64,000 nucleotides of DNA from a virus: the IMG/VR virus record IMGVR_UViG_3300025626_000015, positions 1 through 64,000 of that record; one strand, written 5' to 3'. Shown piece by piece: positions 16,076 through 27,399 of this stretch; position 1 is the first letter of the stretch, and each line of letters starts with the position of its first letter. The position numbers and the translations under genes are program-made. The notes below the pieces were generated by a model, which did not search any database, was not told where the DNA came from, and worked only from the letters and a program-made list of their open reading frames with translations.

Positions 16076-17121
16076 TGAAACGTGGATTTCCGTATTTAGT
16101 ATTTATATCAGCAATAGCATTAGCTTCAAGCGCTGCATATTATAGTGTATACGGAATTAGTAAATTATTTTCTGCACAAGCAGTAGCAGTAGCCATAATG
16201 GCTGGGACTTTAGAAGTTTCTAAATTAATTGCTGCTACTTATTTACATCGTTATTGGAAAAAAATTAATTTTTTATTTAAATTATATTTAACGTCAGCTG
16301 TATTAATATTAATGCTAATAACATCTATAGGTATATATGGATTTTTAACAGCATCATATCAAACAACTGCGAATGAATTATTTGTAATGGATAAACAAAT
16401 ATCTGTTATAGAAATGAAAAAATCTAGATATAATGAACAACTAAATGGATATACCTCTGAAAAAACACAATTAGCAAGTTCTATTACAGAATTAACAAAG
16501 GGTTTATCTAATAATAAGGTTCAATGGAGAGATAAAGAAACTGGCCAAATTATTACATCTACTTCAAGTAAAACAAGAAAAGTATTACAAAGTCAATTAA
16601 ATGACTTTAAAACACAAAGAGATAAAGTATCGTTGAAAATTGAAAATCTTACCGACTCAGTGACTAAATTAGATTTACAAGTTTTAGATCTCCAATCTAA
16701 TTCAGAAGTGGCTAATGAAATTGGACCTTTAAAATATGTTTCTGAATTATTAGATAGGCCTATGAATCAAGTAGTAAATTGGTTTATATTAATTTTCATA
16801 TTTGTATTTGATCCATTAGCAGTAGTGTTATTAATTGCAGCTAATAAAGCTTTTGATATTTTAACTCCAGATACAAAAGAAAATATATATGGAGAACAAG
16901 TTATAAAAAATAATAATCCGGAAGCATTTAGGCCTCCACATCCAAGTGATGCAGTTGATATCGATAATATAAAATCATCTGCAGAAATTGATTCATATAA
17001 AATATGGAATGAAGATGAATCAGATAAACGTATGGATATAATTGCCCAAAATGGAAATGATGGATTACATTACAAGGATACGGAAACACCTCGTCCAGGA
17101 AAAACAAAAGTTATATCATGA
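16075..17121 (+). CDS. membrane protein with long coiled coil
   Basis: Three N-terminal TM segments, coiled coil, then EIGPLKY and IFIFVFDPLAVVLLIA. Confidence 0.75.
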   Translation: MKRGFPYLVFISAIALASSAAYYSVYGISKLFSAQAVAVAIMAGTLEVSKLIAATYLHRYWKKINFLFKLYLTSAVLILMLITSIGIYGFLTASYQTTANELFVMDKQISVIEMKKSRYNEQLNGYTSEKTQLASSITELTKGLSNNKVQWRDKETGQIITSTSSKTRKVLQSQLNDFKTQRDKVSLKIENLTDSVTKLDLQVLDLQSNSEVANEIGPLKYVSELLDRPMNQVVNWFILIFIFVFDPLAVVLLIAANKAFDILTPDTKENIYGEQVIKNNNPEAFRPPHPSDAVDIDNIKSSAEIDSYKIWNEDESDKRMDIIAQNGNDGLHYKDTETPRPGKTKVIS

Positions 17122-17276
17122 GAAAATTAATTAAAAAAAGTACAGCAACTAAAAAATTACAATGTAGATGCAAAAATTGTACTAATATAGTAGAAGTTGC
17201 TTCTACATCATTATCAGTTGTATGCTCTTCTTGCACATTTAAAATGGCAGAAGGTATATTGGAATATTCCAAATAA
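17118..17276 (+). CDS. small zinc-finger protein (52 aa)
   Basis: CKNC...CSSC. Confidence 0.55.
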   Translation: MRKLIKKSTATKKLQCRCKNCTNIVEVASTSLSVVCSSCTFKMAEGILEYSK

Positions 17277-17287
17277 TTTATTATAAT
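17259..17287 (+). promoter_or_regulatory. sigma70-like promoter
   Basis: TTGGAA-17 bp-TATAAT. Confidence 0.65.
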
Positions 17288-17299
17288 AAATAAAAAGTT

Positions 17300-18076
17300 A
17301 TGTTAGAAGCAGAAAAAATTAAATCAAACTGGGATGAATATAGAAATAGAGTTAATACTTTATTTCCGGATAGAGCAGAAAAATTAAATAAATTATATGA
17401 TGAGTATGAAGACAGAATCGTAATGATGCCAGCTTCTTCTGTTGCTCATTATCATAATGCATTCGCAGGAGGATATATTGATCACGTACTTAGAGTCATG
17501 GATTGTACAGAAAAATTGTATAATTCTTGGGAAAGTATGGGATCTGATATGTCTGGATATGAGTATAACGAAATGATGTTTGCTGCAATGCATCATGATT
17601 TAGGGAAATGCGGATTTCCAGGAAAAGGAAGAGAAGTATATCAAGTTGAAACATCGGATTGGCATAGAAAAAATATGGGAAGGATGTATAAGCATAATGA
17701 AAATATTCCTTTCACAATGGTACCAGATCTTTCAATATATTTACTTCAAAAATATCAAGTTCAAATGTCTTGGAATGAATATCAGGCTATTAGAATACAT
17801 GATGGTATATATGACGATGCTAATAAACCATATTTTATTGCAAGATCAGCACAAGCTAAACTAAAAACTAATTTACCTTTATTATTACATCATGCAGATC
17901 ATATGGCATCTCAAATAGAATATGAAAGATGGAGATCTCATAAAAATAACTCACCTAATCCAATTAGTTCTAAAACGAAAGCTACTAAAAAAACAGCTAT
18001 TAAAAATTTAGCAGAACAAAATCCGGATATTGATAAATCAATTACAGACATATTTAAAACTTTTGGAGACTCATGA
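17300..18076 (+). CDS. HD-domain phosphohydrolase (YhaM-like HD domain)
   Basis: PAS...YHNAFAGGYIDHV.RV, HHDLGK, IHDG, LHHAD. Confidence 0.85.
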   Translation: MLEAEKIKSNWDEYRNRVNTLFPDRAEKLNKLYDEYEDRIVMMPASSVAHYHNAFAGGYIDHVLRVMDCTEKLYNSWESMGSDMSGYEYNEMMFAAMHHDLGKCGFPGKGREVYQVETSDWHRKNMGRMYKHNENIPFTMVPDLSIYLLQKYQVQMSWNEYQAIRIHDGIYDDANKPYFIARSAQAKLKTNLPLLLHHADHMASQIEYERWRSHKNNSPNPISSKTKATKKTAIKNLAEQNPDIDKSITDIFKTFGDS

Positions 18077-18366
18077 TTACAATTATTTTTTTCATATTAG
18101 TATCAGGTATTGCTGCATATTTTATATATAGAGCATATACATTAGCTGGTGAATTATCAGATCAAGAAGATTATATAAATGAATTAGAAGATTATTCTCA
18201 ATATATGTATAATCAAATTGAAGCTTCATATAATCAATTAAAAAGAATTGATAGCAGAGGATCGTTTGAATCTGACGACGAAGCTGGAACAGTATTTGAA
18301 CAATTAAAACAAGTAATAACAAATTTACAGAAAGAATTTAATGCCGAGAAAAAAGAAAGCAAGTAA
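18073..18366 (+). CDS. membrane-anchored hypothetical protein
   Basis: N-terminal TM segment plus coiled coil. Confidence 0.6.
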   Translation: MITIIFFILVSGIAAYFIYRAYTLAGELSDQEDYINELEDYSQYMYNQIEASYNQLKRIDSRGSFESDDEAGTVFEQLKQVITNLQKEFNAEKKESK

Positions 18367-19042
18367 CCGTTATTGGACTAAAGTAACTGAATATTCAGTA
18401 GCTGCTTATAATCGTTGCAATGATCAACAAATACTAAAAGAAAAAATTTACAGAAGATTTATATATCCTGCTTTTATGAAATTAGCAGAAAATCTTATTA
18501 ATAAAATGAAACCAGATTATATAGACTCATCTTTTAAAGATTTACAAACAGATCTGGTTACATATTTAACAATGAGATTAGATAAGTTTAATCCCAATGC
18601 AGGTAAAGCATATTCATATTATACAAGAACTTCATTTAATTATTTAATTGCAGAAAATCAAAAAGCATATGCAAAATTAAAAAAAGAATCAGAGCCTATT
18701 GACATAGACGAAGAAAGAAATATACCGACTGAAATGCATAATAATGAAATGCAAGAAGTATTACACTATTTTATGAATGCTTATATTGAATATTGTTATG
18801 ATAATATTAACAGTATATTTACTAATCAGTCTGATATACATGTAGCAGATTCTATATTACATTTATTTGAAAATCGAGAAAATATAGAGCAATATAACAA
18901 AAAAGCTTTATATGTCTTTATACGTGAGCGTACGGGCCTACAAACTAATAATATTACCAAGGTAATTAAAATATTAAAACATATATATAATTCTAAATTC
19001 AAGGAATACGAGCAAAATGAGTACATGAATTTACCCTTTTAA
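18341..19042 (+). CDS. late-transcription sigma factor (T4 gp55-like)
   Basis: FMKLAENLIN...LDKFNPNAGKAYSYYTRTSFNYLI, a region-2-like motif of gp55-type sigmas. Confidence 0.7.
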   Translation: MPRKKKASNRYWTKVTEYSVAAYNRCNDQQILKEKIYRRFIYPAFMKLAENLINKMKPDYIDSSFKDLQTDLVTYLTMRLDKFNPNAGKAYSYYTRTSFNYLIAENQKAYAKLKKESEPIDIDEERNIPTEMHNNEMQEVLHYFMNAYIEYCYDNINSIFTNQSDIHVADSILHLFENRENIEQYNKKALYVFIRERTGLQTNNITKVIKILKHIYNSKFKEYEQNEYMNLPF

Positions 19043-19067
19043 TATTTATATTTAAAGGAATCATATT

Positions 19068-19499
19068 ATGGATATTAAGGAAGAATTATTCAAAGGAGTC
19101 AGTTTTTCTGATTTAATGTCAAATGTTTATCATAACTCCAAGAAAAAAGATAGACAAATTAATCAATTAATTTCTCAATTGCAACCACTGATAAGAAATG
19201 CATCGGATGCTACTATAATAGTTCCGTTAATAAAAGAATATTTAGATGTATCGGTAAAAAATGATGATCATATAGTCAAATTAACTGCAATTACACAAAG
19301 ATACATTTCAACTACTCAAACAATATCCGGAGAGTCTTCTTTATTAAGTGAAGATGAAAAGAAAGAACTTCTAGGAATGGCTTCAAAAGATTTTGAAGAT
19401 GAGTTAACAGAAGAAATTGAAAAAATTGACGAAGAAGACAAAATACTTCAAAGCAAAATTCAAAAAGCAAAAGAATTAGTGGAGAAGAATAATGGCTAA
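19068..19499 (+). CDS. hypothetical late protein
   Basis: Helical 143-aa ORF downstream of ATATTTATA. Confidence 0.65.
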   Translation: MDIKEELFKGVSFSDLMSNVYHNSKKKDRQINQLISQLQPLIRNASDATIIVPLIKEYLDVSVKNDDHIVKLTAITQRYISTTQTISGESSLLSEDEKKELLGMASKDFEDELTEEIEKIDEEDKILQSKIQKAKELVEKNNG

Positions 19500-20505
19500 T
19501 CCATTTCGTGTTGTATTTGAAATAGCTGAAGTAATTGACGTAGAACAGATCCGTACCGGAGAAAATATACAAAATTTATATTCTGTTTCCGCTGAAATTT
19601 ATAATACTGGCACTGTGCAACATGATGTAAATGTTAGGCCGGCTTCAATATCTATGCAAACTCCTCCTACTGTAGGAGAAATGATTTTAATATTTAATGG
19701 TCCAAATCAATATAGTGGAAAAAAGAAAGTAGAATTACAATGGTATTATTTATGCACATTGCCAATTCAATCTTCTGTATATAAAAATGTATTACCAAGT
19801 ATAGAGTCATCAAATATTAATGATAATGTATTACCAAATAAAATAATTAATCCATTACAGTTATTTGCTGGAGATACATTAATTCAAGGAAGATTTGGTA
19901 ATTCAATACGATTAGGAAGTTCTTCAATACCAAAAGAAATTTCACAATATGAATTAGGATCAGAATCTTCATGGAAAGGTACTATTTCTTCGAATACACT
20001 AACTTCAGATCCAATTATAATATTATCAAATACTACAAATCATTCTACAGACTCAGAAGATCCGTACGGTAGAAAATATACAGTTGAAAATTTAGCTACA
20101 GATGTATCTTCTTTATATTTAACTACAACACAAAAAATTAATACCTTAACATTGAATAAAAATATCGATAAATCTGGAGGATATCTAGATTATAATAATT
20201 CTCAATTAATAGGAACAGCTGATAGAATTATTCTGAGTTCGAAAACAGATAATATAATATTAGATTCTTCAAATAGGATAAGTTTAAATGCTGATGAAAT
20301 ATTATTAGGATCCGAGGATGCGTCAGAACCAATGGTTCATGGTAATGAACTAATACAAATACTAACATTAATAATGAATTCAATTCAAGCTGGAACATTT
20401 GGAAGTGGAGCTATTTATTCATTACCTGCAGATACATCATCAATTCCTCAAGCTCGAGAAAAATTAAAAAAGTTAACAAGTTCAAAATATTATATGAAAA
20501 AATAG
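19492..20505 (+). CDS. baseplate hub/spike (gp5/VgrG-like) protein
   Basis: OB-fold-like P.VGE.ILI, GDTLIQGRFGNSIRLGS, beta-helix-like C-terminus; lies upstream of gp25/gp6. Confidence 0.6.
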   Translation: MANPFRVVFEIAEVIDVEQIRTGENIQNLYSVSAEIYNTGTVQHDVNVRPASISMQTPPTVGEMILIFNGPNQYSGKKKVELQWYYLCTLPIQSSVYKNVLPSIESSNINDNVLPNKIINPLQLFAGDTLIQGRFGNSIRLGSSSIPKEISQYELGSESSWKGTISSNTLTSDPIIILSNTTNHSTDSEDPYGRKYTVENLATDVSSLYLTTTQKINTLTLNKNIDKSGGYLDYNNSQLIGTADRIILSSKTDNIILDSSNRISLNADEILLGSEDASEPMVHGNELIQILTLIMNSIQAGTFGSGAIYSLPADTSSIPQAREKLKKLTSSKYYMKK

Positions 20506-20517
20506 AAAGTTATAAAT

Positions 20518-21354
20518 ATGCCAGTATCATTTCCATTAGATAAAGTTCCACAAATTCCACCTAGGCTAACCGCAGTTGCTGTTGAAAAAATTATTGAATA
20601 TTTAAATGAAATTTTAGATAAATTACTAAAACTAGTTGATGAAGCAATACAATTACCAGATGATTGTTTATGTAATGATCCTAGAATTGAATCATTAAAA
20701 CAATCATTAAATGACGTTATGGAATTAATTAAAAAATTACAAGAAATGATTCCAAAAATTCAAGAAATGATAACATTATTCAAAACATTAGCTGATATTG
20801 CTACAGCTGTTAAATCATCAATTTATTTAATACCAGTAGTAGGACAAGCAGTAGCAGCTGCTGATTTATCATTAGTTCAAACAATGACATTAGAAAATGC
20901 AAAGAAATCGTTGGAGCAATTAGAAACAATACCTAGTAGATTAAATATAGGAATCGATTTAGCTGTAGAACAATTAGCTAAAGTAGCTGATAGATTAGCT
21001 CAAGCTTGTAGCGGAGCAGGAGATATAGAATCTGATGTAATACAAGTTCCTCAACAAATAAAGGATTCATTAGATAAATTAAATCGTGATAGTGATTATT
21101 ATAATGATTTATTACCAAGTGAATTTTATCAATTAAAAAATGTATCAAATGATGATCTAGATTTAAGAGCAGATTCTATAAAAGAATTGATTGAACAACA
21201 ACGTGATTTATTAACGTCATTACAAGAAGCACCTTCTTCAGTATTATCAGGAGTTGGAGCTCCTCAAAATGATATAGGAAAATCAGGAGATTATTATGTT
21301 GATATATCATCAAATCAAGTTTATGGACCAAAGTTGAATATAGGATGGTCGTAA
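20518..21354 (+). CDS. hypothetical virion-associated protein
   Basis: Helical body; C-terminal G.GAP..DIG..GDYY.D motif. Confidence 0.55.
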   Translation: MPVSFPLDKVPQIPPRLTAVAVEKIIEYLNEILDKLLKLVDEAIQLPDDCLCNDPRIESLKQSLNDVMELIKKLQEMIPKIQEMITLFKTLADIATAVKSSIYLIPVVGQAVAAADLSLVQTMTLENAKKSLEQLETIPSRLNIGIDLAVEQLAKVADRLAQACSGAGDIESDVIQVPQQIKDSLDKLNRDSDYYNDLLPSEFYQLKNVSNDDLDLRADSIKELIEQQRDLLTSLQEAPSSVLSGVGAPQNDIGKSGDYYVDISSNQVYGPKLNIGWS

Positions 21355-21392
21355 ATTTATATGTTTAATATTTATAATAAAAAGAAATAACC

Positions 21393-21872
21393 ATGAAACA
21401 AGAAAAATTTATTAATACACTAAAAAAAGTTATAAACGAAGAAGTTCGTTCTGTTATAAAACAAGAATTAACAGAAATACTAACAAATGGGTTACAATCG
21501 TCAATTGATGAATTAAAAGAGTCTAAAAAGATAGAATCTAAACAAACTAATATTAAATCAGTTACTAATAATAAAGTTAAATTTCAAAAAAATAAGTTCT
21601 CTGATATATTAAATGAAACTAATAAACTTACTGAAAATAAAAGTTCTGCAGATTATGCATCGTTAATGAATGAAGATATTGTTATGACATCAAAAGATGC
21701 ACAAGGATTTGGAATGAGAAGATCTATAGATAATAATACTTCGATAATGCAAGATCCAGAGTCTGGTAAATCTTTAAAAGTTGATCCAGTTATACAAAAA
21801 GCAATGACTCGAGATTATTCATCATTAATGAAAGCAATTGATAAGAAAAAAGGCAATGGCGTACCGGTTTGA
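21393..21872 (+). CDS. hypothetical late protein
   Basis: LKKVINEEV..IKQEL; several L-x-E sites. Confidence 0.6.
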   Translation: MKQEKFINTLKKVINEEVRSVIKQELTEILTNGLQSSIDELKESKKIESKQTNIKSVTNNKVKFQKNKFSDILNETNKLTENKSSADYASLMNEDIVMTSKDAQGFGMRRSIDNNTSIMQDPESGKSLKVDPVIQKAMTRDYSSLMKAIDKKKGNGVPV

Positions 21873-22290
21873 AAATAAAGAAATATTAATTGATCAAGAT
21901 ATAGCAATTGGAATAAAGTTTCCATTTAATGGACAACGTATATTTAATTCTACCTTTACAACGTTAGAACAGTCTAATAGTAATATTAAAAATTTATTAT
22001 TAACAGGTAAGGGTGAACGATTTCAATTAAATGAATTTGGTACTGTATTAAAATATCTTCTTTTTGAACAACAATCAACTGAATTAAAGATAGCTATCGA
22101 TGAAGAAATACGAAATGCTGTTAATAGATGGTTGCCATATGTTAGTATAGAATCTATAGAAACTAATTATAATAGTCCTGCTGATACGTATATTACTATA
22201 AAAATTACATATATTGTTTCAAATATAGAAGCAGAACAATCATTAACATTATCGTCTAAAGAAGATGGATCGATAAATATAAATCCTTAA
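21856..22290 (+). CDS. baseplate wedge protein gp25-like
   Basis: NIKNLLLTGKGER...EFG..L...LFE...I..AVNRWLPYV. Confidence 0.88.
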   Translation: MAYRFENKEILIDQDIAIGIKFPFNGQRIFNSTFTTLEQSNSNIKNLLLTGKGERFQLNEFGTVLKYLLFEQQSTELKIAIDEEIRNAVNRWLPYVSIESIETNYNSPADTYITIKITYIVSNIEAEQSLTLSSKEDGSININP

Positions 22291-22300
22291 GGAATAACAA

Positions 22301-24181
22301 ATGGATGTAGTGAAAGATGTAAAATATTTAAATAAAGATTTTAATCAATTTCGAAAAAATCTAATAGAATTTACAAAACAATATTTTCCTAATCAATATA
22401 CTGATTTTAATGAGTCATCTCCCGGCATGTTATTTGTTGAATTAGCTGCATATGTTGGAGATGTATTATCATTTTATACTGATACTAATTTAAAAGAATC
22501 TATATTAAGTCAAGCTCAAGAGCGTGGTAACATTATAAATCTAGCAAATATGTTAGGATATAAACCAATGAATTCAGTATCAGCTCAAGTCAAATTAAAT
22601 GTATTTCAGTTAATACCAGCAAAAGGTTCTGGAGTTAATAATAAACCTAATTATGATTTTGCATTGTCTATTGCGCCAGGTTTAGTAGTGAAACAAGAAG
22701 TTGGTTCTGCTGAGTTTAGAACAATAGATGTAGTAGATTTTAATTTATCATCATCTATTAGTCCAACAGAAGTTACAATTTACGAAGTAGATCCAAGCAC
22801 AAACGAACCGGTATATTATTTATTAAAGAAACAAGCACAAGCTATTTCTGGAAATAAAAAAACAAAAACATTTAAATTTGAATCTGCTAAATCATATGAT
22901 AAAATAGTATTACCAGAAAGTAATATTATAGAAATAATATCTGTAACAGAAGCTGATGGAGATAATTGGACAGAAGTACCATATTTAGCACAAGATACTA
23001 TTTTTGAAGAAGTATTAAATGTAAAAGAAAATGATCCAGACACATATCAATATCGTGATTCGTCTCCATATTTGTTAAAAATGAAAAAAGTAGCAAAACG
23101 ATTTATAACAAGATTGCGATCTGATAATAAAATTGAATTGCAATTTGGTTCTGGAGTTAGTGATAATAATGATGAAGAAATTATTCCTAATCCTAGTAAT
23201 GTTGGAAATGGATTAGAAAGATTAAGAAAAAATGTTAATGTAGATATAGACCCATCAAATTTTTTATATACTAAAGCGTATGGAGAAGCTCCGTCTAATA
23301 CTACATTAACTGTAACATATACAATAGGAAACGGAATTTCAGATAATATTGATAGTAATACTATTAAAAAAATTGACTTTATAGAATTTAATGATGATCC
23401 AAATGCTACAACATCACAATCAATGATGAATTTTGTAAAGTCTAGCGTTACTATTAATAACGATACTCCAGCGCGGGGAGGAAAGTCTGCAGATTCGTTG
23501 CAAGATATAAAAAATAATGCAGCTTCTAATTTTGCTACTCAAAACAGATTAGTAACAAAACAAGATTATATAGTTAGATCATATTCAATGCCTTCTAAAT
23601 TTGGAAGTGTTGCAAAGTCATATATAGTACCAGATGATCAAATATCACAAAATGATCTAGAAGACACTAGAATACCTAATCCGCTAGCTATGAATTTATA
23701 TGTTTTAGGTTTTAATTCGTCTAAACAATTAAGCCCATTAAATACAGCTGTGAAAAATAATTTAAAAACATATTTAGATTATTATAGAATTTTAACAGAT
23801 GCAGTCAATATTAAAGATGCGTTTATTATTAACTTTGGAATTGATTTTGAAATAACAGTATTACCTAATTATAATTCTAATGAAGTTTTATTGAAGTGTA
23901 TTGATACTTTACAAGTATATTTTAATATTGATAAATGGCAGATAAATCAACCAATTATTAAGTCTGAAGTAATGAATACATTAGCTAATACAGATGGGGT
24001 TCAAAGTGTAGTAGGATTAGAATTTAAAAATTTATATGATACTAATCAACGATATTCTGGAAATATTTATGATTTTACTACATCAACAAGACAAGGTATC
24101 ATTTATCCTAGCTTAGACCCTAGTATCTTTGAATTAAAATTTCCTAAAAAAGATATTAAAGGAAAAGTAACAACATATTAA
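22301..24181 (+). CDS. baseplate wedge protein gp6-like
   Basis: DFNQFRKNLI...YTDF...G...ELAAYVGDVLSFY; QNRLVTKQDY. Confidence 0.88.
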   Translation: MDVVKDVKYLNKDFNQFRKNLIEFTKQYFPNQYTDFNESSPGMLFVELAAYVGDVLSFYTDTNLKESILSQAQERGNIINLANMLGYKPMNSVSAQVKLNVFQLIPAKGSGVNNKPNYDFALSIAPGLVVKQEVGSAEFRTIDVVDFNLSSSISPTEVTIYEVDPSTNEPVYYLLKKQAQAISGNKKTKTFKFESAKSYDKIVLPESNIIEIISVTEADGDNWTEVPYLAQDTIFEEVLNVKENDPDTYQYRDSSPYLLKMKKVAKRFITRLRSDNKIELQFGSGVSDNNDEEIIPNPSNVGNGLERLRKNVNVDIDPSNFLYTKAYGEAPSNTTLTVTYTIGNGISDNIDSNTIKKIDFIEFNDDPNATTSQSMMNFVKSSVTINNDTPARGGKSADSLQDIKNNAASNFATQNRLVTKQDYIVRSYSMPSKFGSVAKSYIVPDDQISQNDLEDTRIPNPLAMNLYVLGFNSSKQLSPLNTAVKNNLKTYLDYYRILTDAVNIKDAFIINFGIDFEITVLPNYNSNEVLLKCIDTLQVYFNIDKWQINQPIIKSEVMNTLANTDGVQSVVGLEFKNLYDTNQRYSGNIYDFTTSTRQGIIYPSLDPSIFELKFPKKDIKGKVTTY

Positions 24182-24204
24182 CATGAAAATATTTATATAA
24201 AATT

Positions 24205-24834
24205 ATGGCACTAACATTATCAACATCAGGAATAACTAATTCAGAAACAATTCAAGCATCTCATGTATCGCAATCAATTGATGCATTAAAAGGAACTCAT
24301 GCGTATAATTTAACTCCATCTGGATCATTTACGTTTACAGGAAATACAGTTTTTGCTGGAAAAGTACAAGGAGCAATTTCAAATATAGTTAGTGAAGCGG
24401 TTAGATCTGCTAGTACAGTAACTGTAAATATAAATGATAGATCAACTTCTGTATATGTTTTATCAGCTAATGCTGATGGGAATCAGGGATCGAATCAAAT
24501 TTCATATCAATTACCTAGACCAACCAGTACTACTCCTGGAACTACATATAGAATTATAATTGGACAAATAGGAGCTAGCGCTACAAGTCCTGATGCATTA
24601 TCAAGACCATTTTCAATTATAATTGAATCAAGTACTCAAGCATTATTAGGAAGTATTGTTGGTATTAGTAGTGATGCTCAAACTGTGTTACAACGAAGTA
24701 ATGGTCCTTTTGTTTCTTTAGCAATTGCTTCAGATAGATTAAACACCGGAGATTCTTTTGATTTATTTTGCGACGGATCATATTGGTATGTAACAGGCTT
24801 TATAAATTCTCCTAGTGTTAGTTATTCAAATTAA
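24205..24834 (+). CDS. putative virion structural protein
   Basis: S/T/G-rich beta protein ending in CDGSYWYV; lies in the baseplate block. Confidence 0.55.
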   Translation: MALTLSTSGITNSETIQASHVSQSIDALKGTHAYNLTPSGSFTFTGNTVFAGKVQGAISNIVSEAVRSASTVTVNINDRSTSVYVLSANADGNQGSNQISYQLPRPTSTTPGTTYRIIIGQIGASATSPDALSRPFSIIIESSTQALLGSIVGISSDAQTVLQRSNGPFVSLAIASDRLNTGDSFDLFCDGSYWYVTGFINSPSVSYSN

Positions 24835-24848
24835 TAGAAAAATAAAAA

Positions 24849-26000
24849 ATGTTTAAAATATTATACCCATCTCAGGACACAACTATTTTAGAAGCTTCTA
24901 AAACACTTAATGCTGGTTTAGATGAAATTTTAGCAATAGGAAAATCAGATTCTACAGGTGGTACAAATTATTTAAAATCAAGATCATTAGTTAAATTTGA
25001 TATTACTCAAGTTAACACAGCGTTAACAAAATATAATGTTGCTATTGAAAATTGTAAATTCTTTTTACAATTATATACAACTCATGCAGTTAATTTACCT
25101 TCTTCTTATACTATAGAAGGAAAAGTATTAGGGGATGATTGGGATAATGGATTAGGATATGTTAATTCTTCACCAATTATTACAGATGGATGTACTTGGT
25201 CGTATCCTAAATCAGGAAGTTATTGGACTTCAGGATCTCAAAACCAAGAAATTGCTGCAGGAAGTAATTTAATAATTAAAGGATTAGGATATGGAGGAAG
25301 TTTTCTAGAACAATCTCCTAATTCTGGATTACAATTAGAATTTTCGCAATCATTTACAAGAGTTACAGATTTAGATTCAGCTTCTAGTACTAGAAATACA
25401 GATATCTATATGGATGTAACATCTGCAATTAGAATTTGGCAATCAGGATCAAATGGAGTTTCTATACCAAATAATGGATTTTTACTTCAATTTTCTGATA
25501 CAGACGAAGCATTGGTAAATAAATTTGGATCTATTAAATTTTTTAGTAGAGAAACTCATACCATATATGTTCCCAAATTATTAATGTTATTTGATAAATC
25601 ATCGTTCTCAACAGGATCTTTATCTGAATTTAATATTGAATCATATAAAATATATACTGATTTACAAAAAGAATATAAAGACACTAGTGTAAATAAAGTT
25701 AGAATTTTTGCAAGAGATAGATATCCACAAAAGTCGCCAACAAATTTATTTCCAGAAGAGTCTGTTAAATTTTTACCTACTGGATCATTATATTCAATAA
25801 GAGATGCAGGAACAGAAGAAGTTGTAATTCCTTTCAATGAAACATATACTAAAATTAGTTGTGATTCAATTAGTAATTTTATTAGTTTAGATATGACAGG
25901 TTTAATGCCAGAACGGTATTATAGATTATGTTTTAAAGTGACATCTGGAATATATGACGAGTTTATAGAAGATGACTTCTATTTTAAAATAGTAAGATAA
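24849..26000 (+). CDS. putative virion structural protein (DNRLRE-like region)
   Basis: DTTI...N.G.DEIL...SRSLVKFD...DVTSAI..W...NNGFLL...F.SRE...PKL. Confidence 0.6.
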   Translation: MFKILYPSQDTTILEASKTLNAGLDEILAIGKSDSTGGTNYLKSRSLVKFDITQVNTALTKYNVAIENCKFFLQLYTTHAVNLPSSYTIEGKVLGDDWDNGLGYVNSSPIITDGCTWSYPKSGSYWTSGSQNQEIAAGSNLIIKGLGYGGSFLEQSPNSGLQLEFSQSFTRVTDLDSASSTRNTDIYMDVTSAIRIWQSGSNGVSIPNNGFLLQFSDTDEALVNKFGSIKFFSRETHTIYVPKLLMLFDKSSFSTGSLSEFNIESYKIYTDLQKEYKDTSVNKVRIFARDRYPQKSPTNLFPEESVKFLPTGSLYSIRDAGTEEVVIPFNETYTKISCDSISNFISLDMTGLMPERYYRLCFKVTSGIYDEFIEDDFYFKIVR

Positions 26001-26001
26001 T

Positions 26002-27393
26002 ATGTTAATACATAAATTAAAATTATATCCTAATCAGTCTCAAGGCGGAGCTTATGCAGCTAATTCAGGAGGATCTGGTCCTCAACCAACTGGTAACGGT
26101 TATACTCCTGGTGGTGAATATATAGATGGCACAGGAGCTGATTATGTAGGAGCATGGCATTCACATTCAAATGGTGTTATTACAAAAGGAACAATTCAAT
26201 CTCATACTAATATTTCTAATGAAGATGTATTATTTCCAATTAATACATCTACTCCAAATGCGCCTGATCCATACTCTCTACCACCTAGTACTAATTCAGC
26301 AACAGTCGCAACTAATAATTCTATACAAGGAAATTCTGGAATACAACTAGCAACTCCAAATACTTCTGGAATACAACTAGCAACTCCAAATACTTCTGGT
26401 CCTTCTGGAGCAGGAAGAACAGGAACAAATACTCCTAGTAATTCTGGACCATTGTTTTTACCCGTACAATTTGTTCCAACTGGATCTGTAACGTCAAATG
26501 CTATTTATCAGCAACCGCCATTTATAGCTACTAATATTCAAGAAGAATATATACAAAATGGAATAACATTTAAATCTAATGATTCTTTAGTAAACAATAG
26601 AAATTCCGCCGGAAATTTAGTATTCGAAGAAAATTCACAAAATAATCAAAATTTATTAATAGACTCAGCAATTGAAACATATACCAATAAATCGTTTATT
26701 GAAGCAGTTAATACACAATTTAATTATTTTAAATTTCCAGCTAAAATTGGAATTGATTCTACTTTAGATTTATCATTTAACTCTACATTTGATGTAGAAG
26801 ATACAGGAGTTGATCCAGCAACAAGCTATAATATATTAAATCCTAAAGCATCAGATGGAACTACAATAAATGATTATGCAATAACTAGTACGTCTACTGG
26901 GGATGGAATGAGATTAATACCATTTAATAAAACATTAGCCGGTGCACCTATAGACAATGACTTATCTGCTTTTGTATTAACTCCAGAAAAAATAAAATAT
27001 ATTAAAGAATCAAATAAAGCAATAAAAATTACTGCAGCTGCAAGTCATAGACCACAAAGTGATATTAATACAGGATTTGTATTAGGATTAGGAAGAAAAA
27101 TGCCGTTGGCATATAGATCCTGGCCACAAAACGCCGGGGCATTATATAGTAATAAATTTCCATATGTATCAAAAACTACTTTACAACTAGGTGGAGGTAG
27201 CTCACAAGATCATTTTGATACATATGTTTATCTTAGAATAGATTATGTAATCGATCCGGATGATATGGTGCCATATGATCAATATAGTGTTTATAATTGT
27301 AGTGGTAATGCAGCTTGGTATTTAAGACAATCTGCTAGATTTCAAATTTCATTAATAGATGATCCAGGACCAACTGGATATGGTAAGGTATAA
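26002..27393 (+). CDS. putative virion structural protein
   Basis: YTPGGEY...YVG.WH motif; low-complexity linker. Confidence 0.55.
   Translation: MLIHKLKLYPNQSQGGAYAANSGGSGPQPTGNGYTPGGEYIDGTGADYVGAWHSHSNGVITKGTIQSHTNISNEDVLFPINTSTPNAPDPYSLPPSTNSATVATNNSIQGNSGIQLATPNTSGIQLATPNTSGPSGAGRTGTNTPSNSGPLFLPVQFVPTGSVTSNAIYQQPPFIATNIQEEYIQNGITFKSNDSLVNNRNSAGNLVFEENSQNNQNLLIDSAIETYTNKSFIEAVNTQFNYFKFPAKIGIDSTLDLSFNSTFDVEDTGVDPATSYNILNPKASDGTTINDYAITSTSTGDGMRLIPFNKTLAGAPIDNDLSAFVLTPEKIKYIKESNKAIKITAAASHRPQSDINTGFVLGLGRKMPLAYRSWPQNAGALYSNKFPYVSKTTLQLGGGSSQDHFDTYVYLRIDYVIDPDDMVPYDQYSVYNCSGNAAWYLRQSARFQISLIDDPGPTGYGKV
26334..26399 (+). repeat. 30-bp in-frame tandem duplication (SGIQLATPNT x2)
   Basis: TTCTGGAATACAACTAGCAACTCCAAATAC repeated exactly. 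Confidence 0.9.
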
Positions 27394-27399
27394 TATAAT

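Noticed and set aside
19068-19499. Terminase small subunit
   Set aside because: Size and helicity fit, but there is no recognisable motif and it is far from terL; left as hypothetical.
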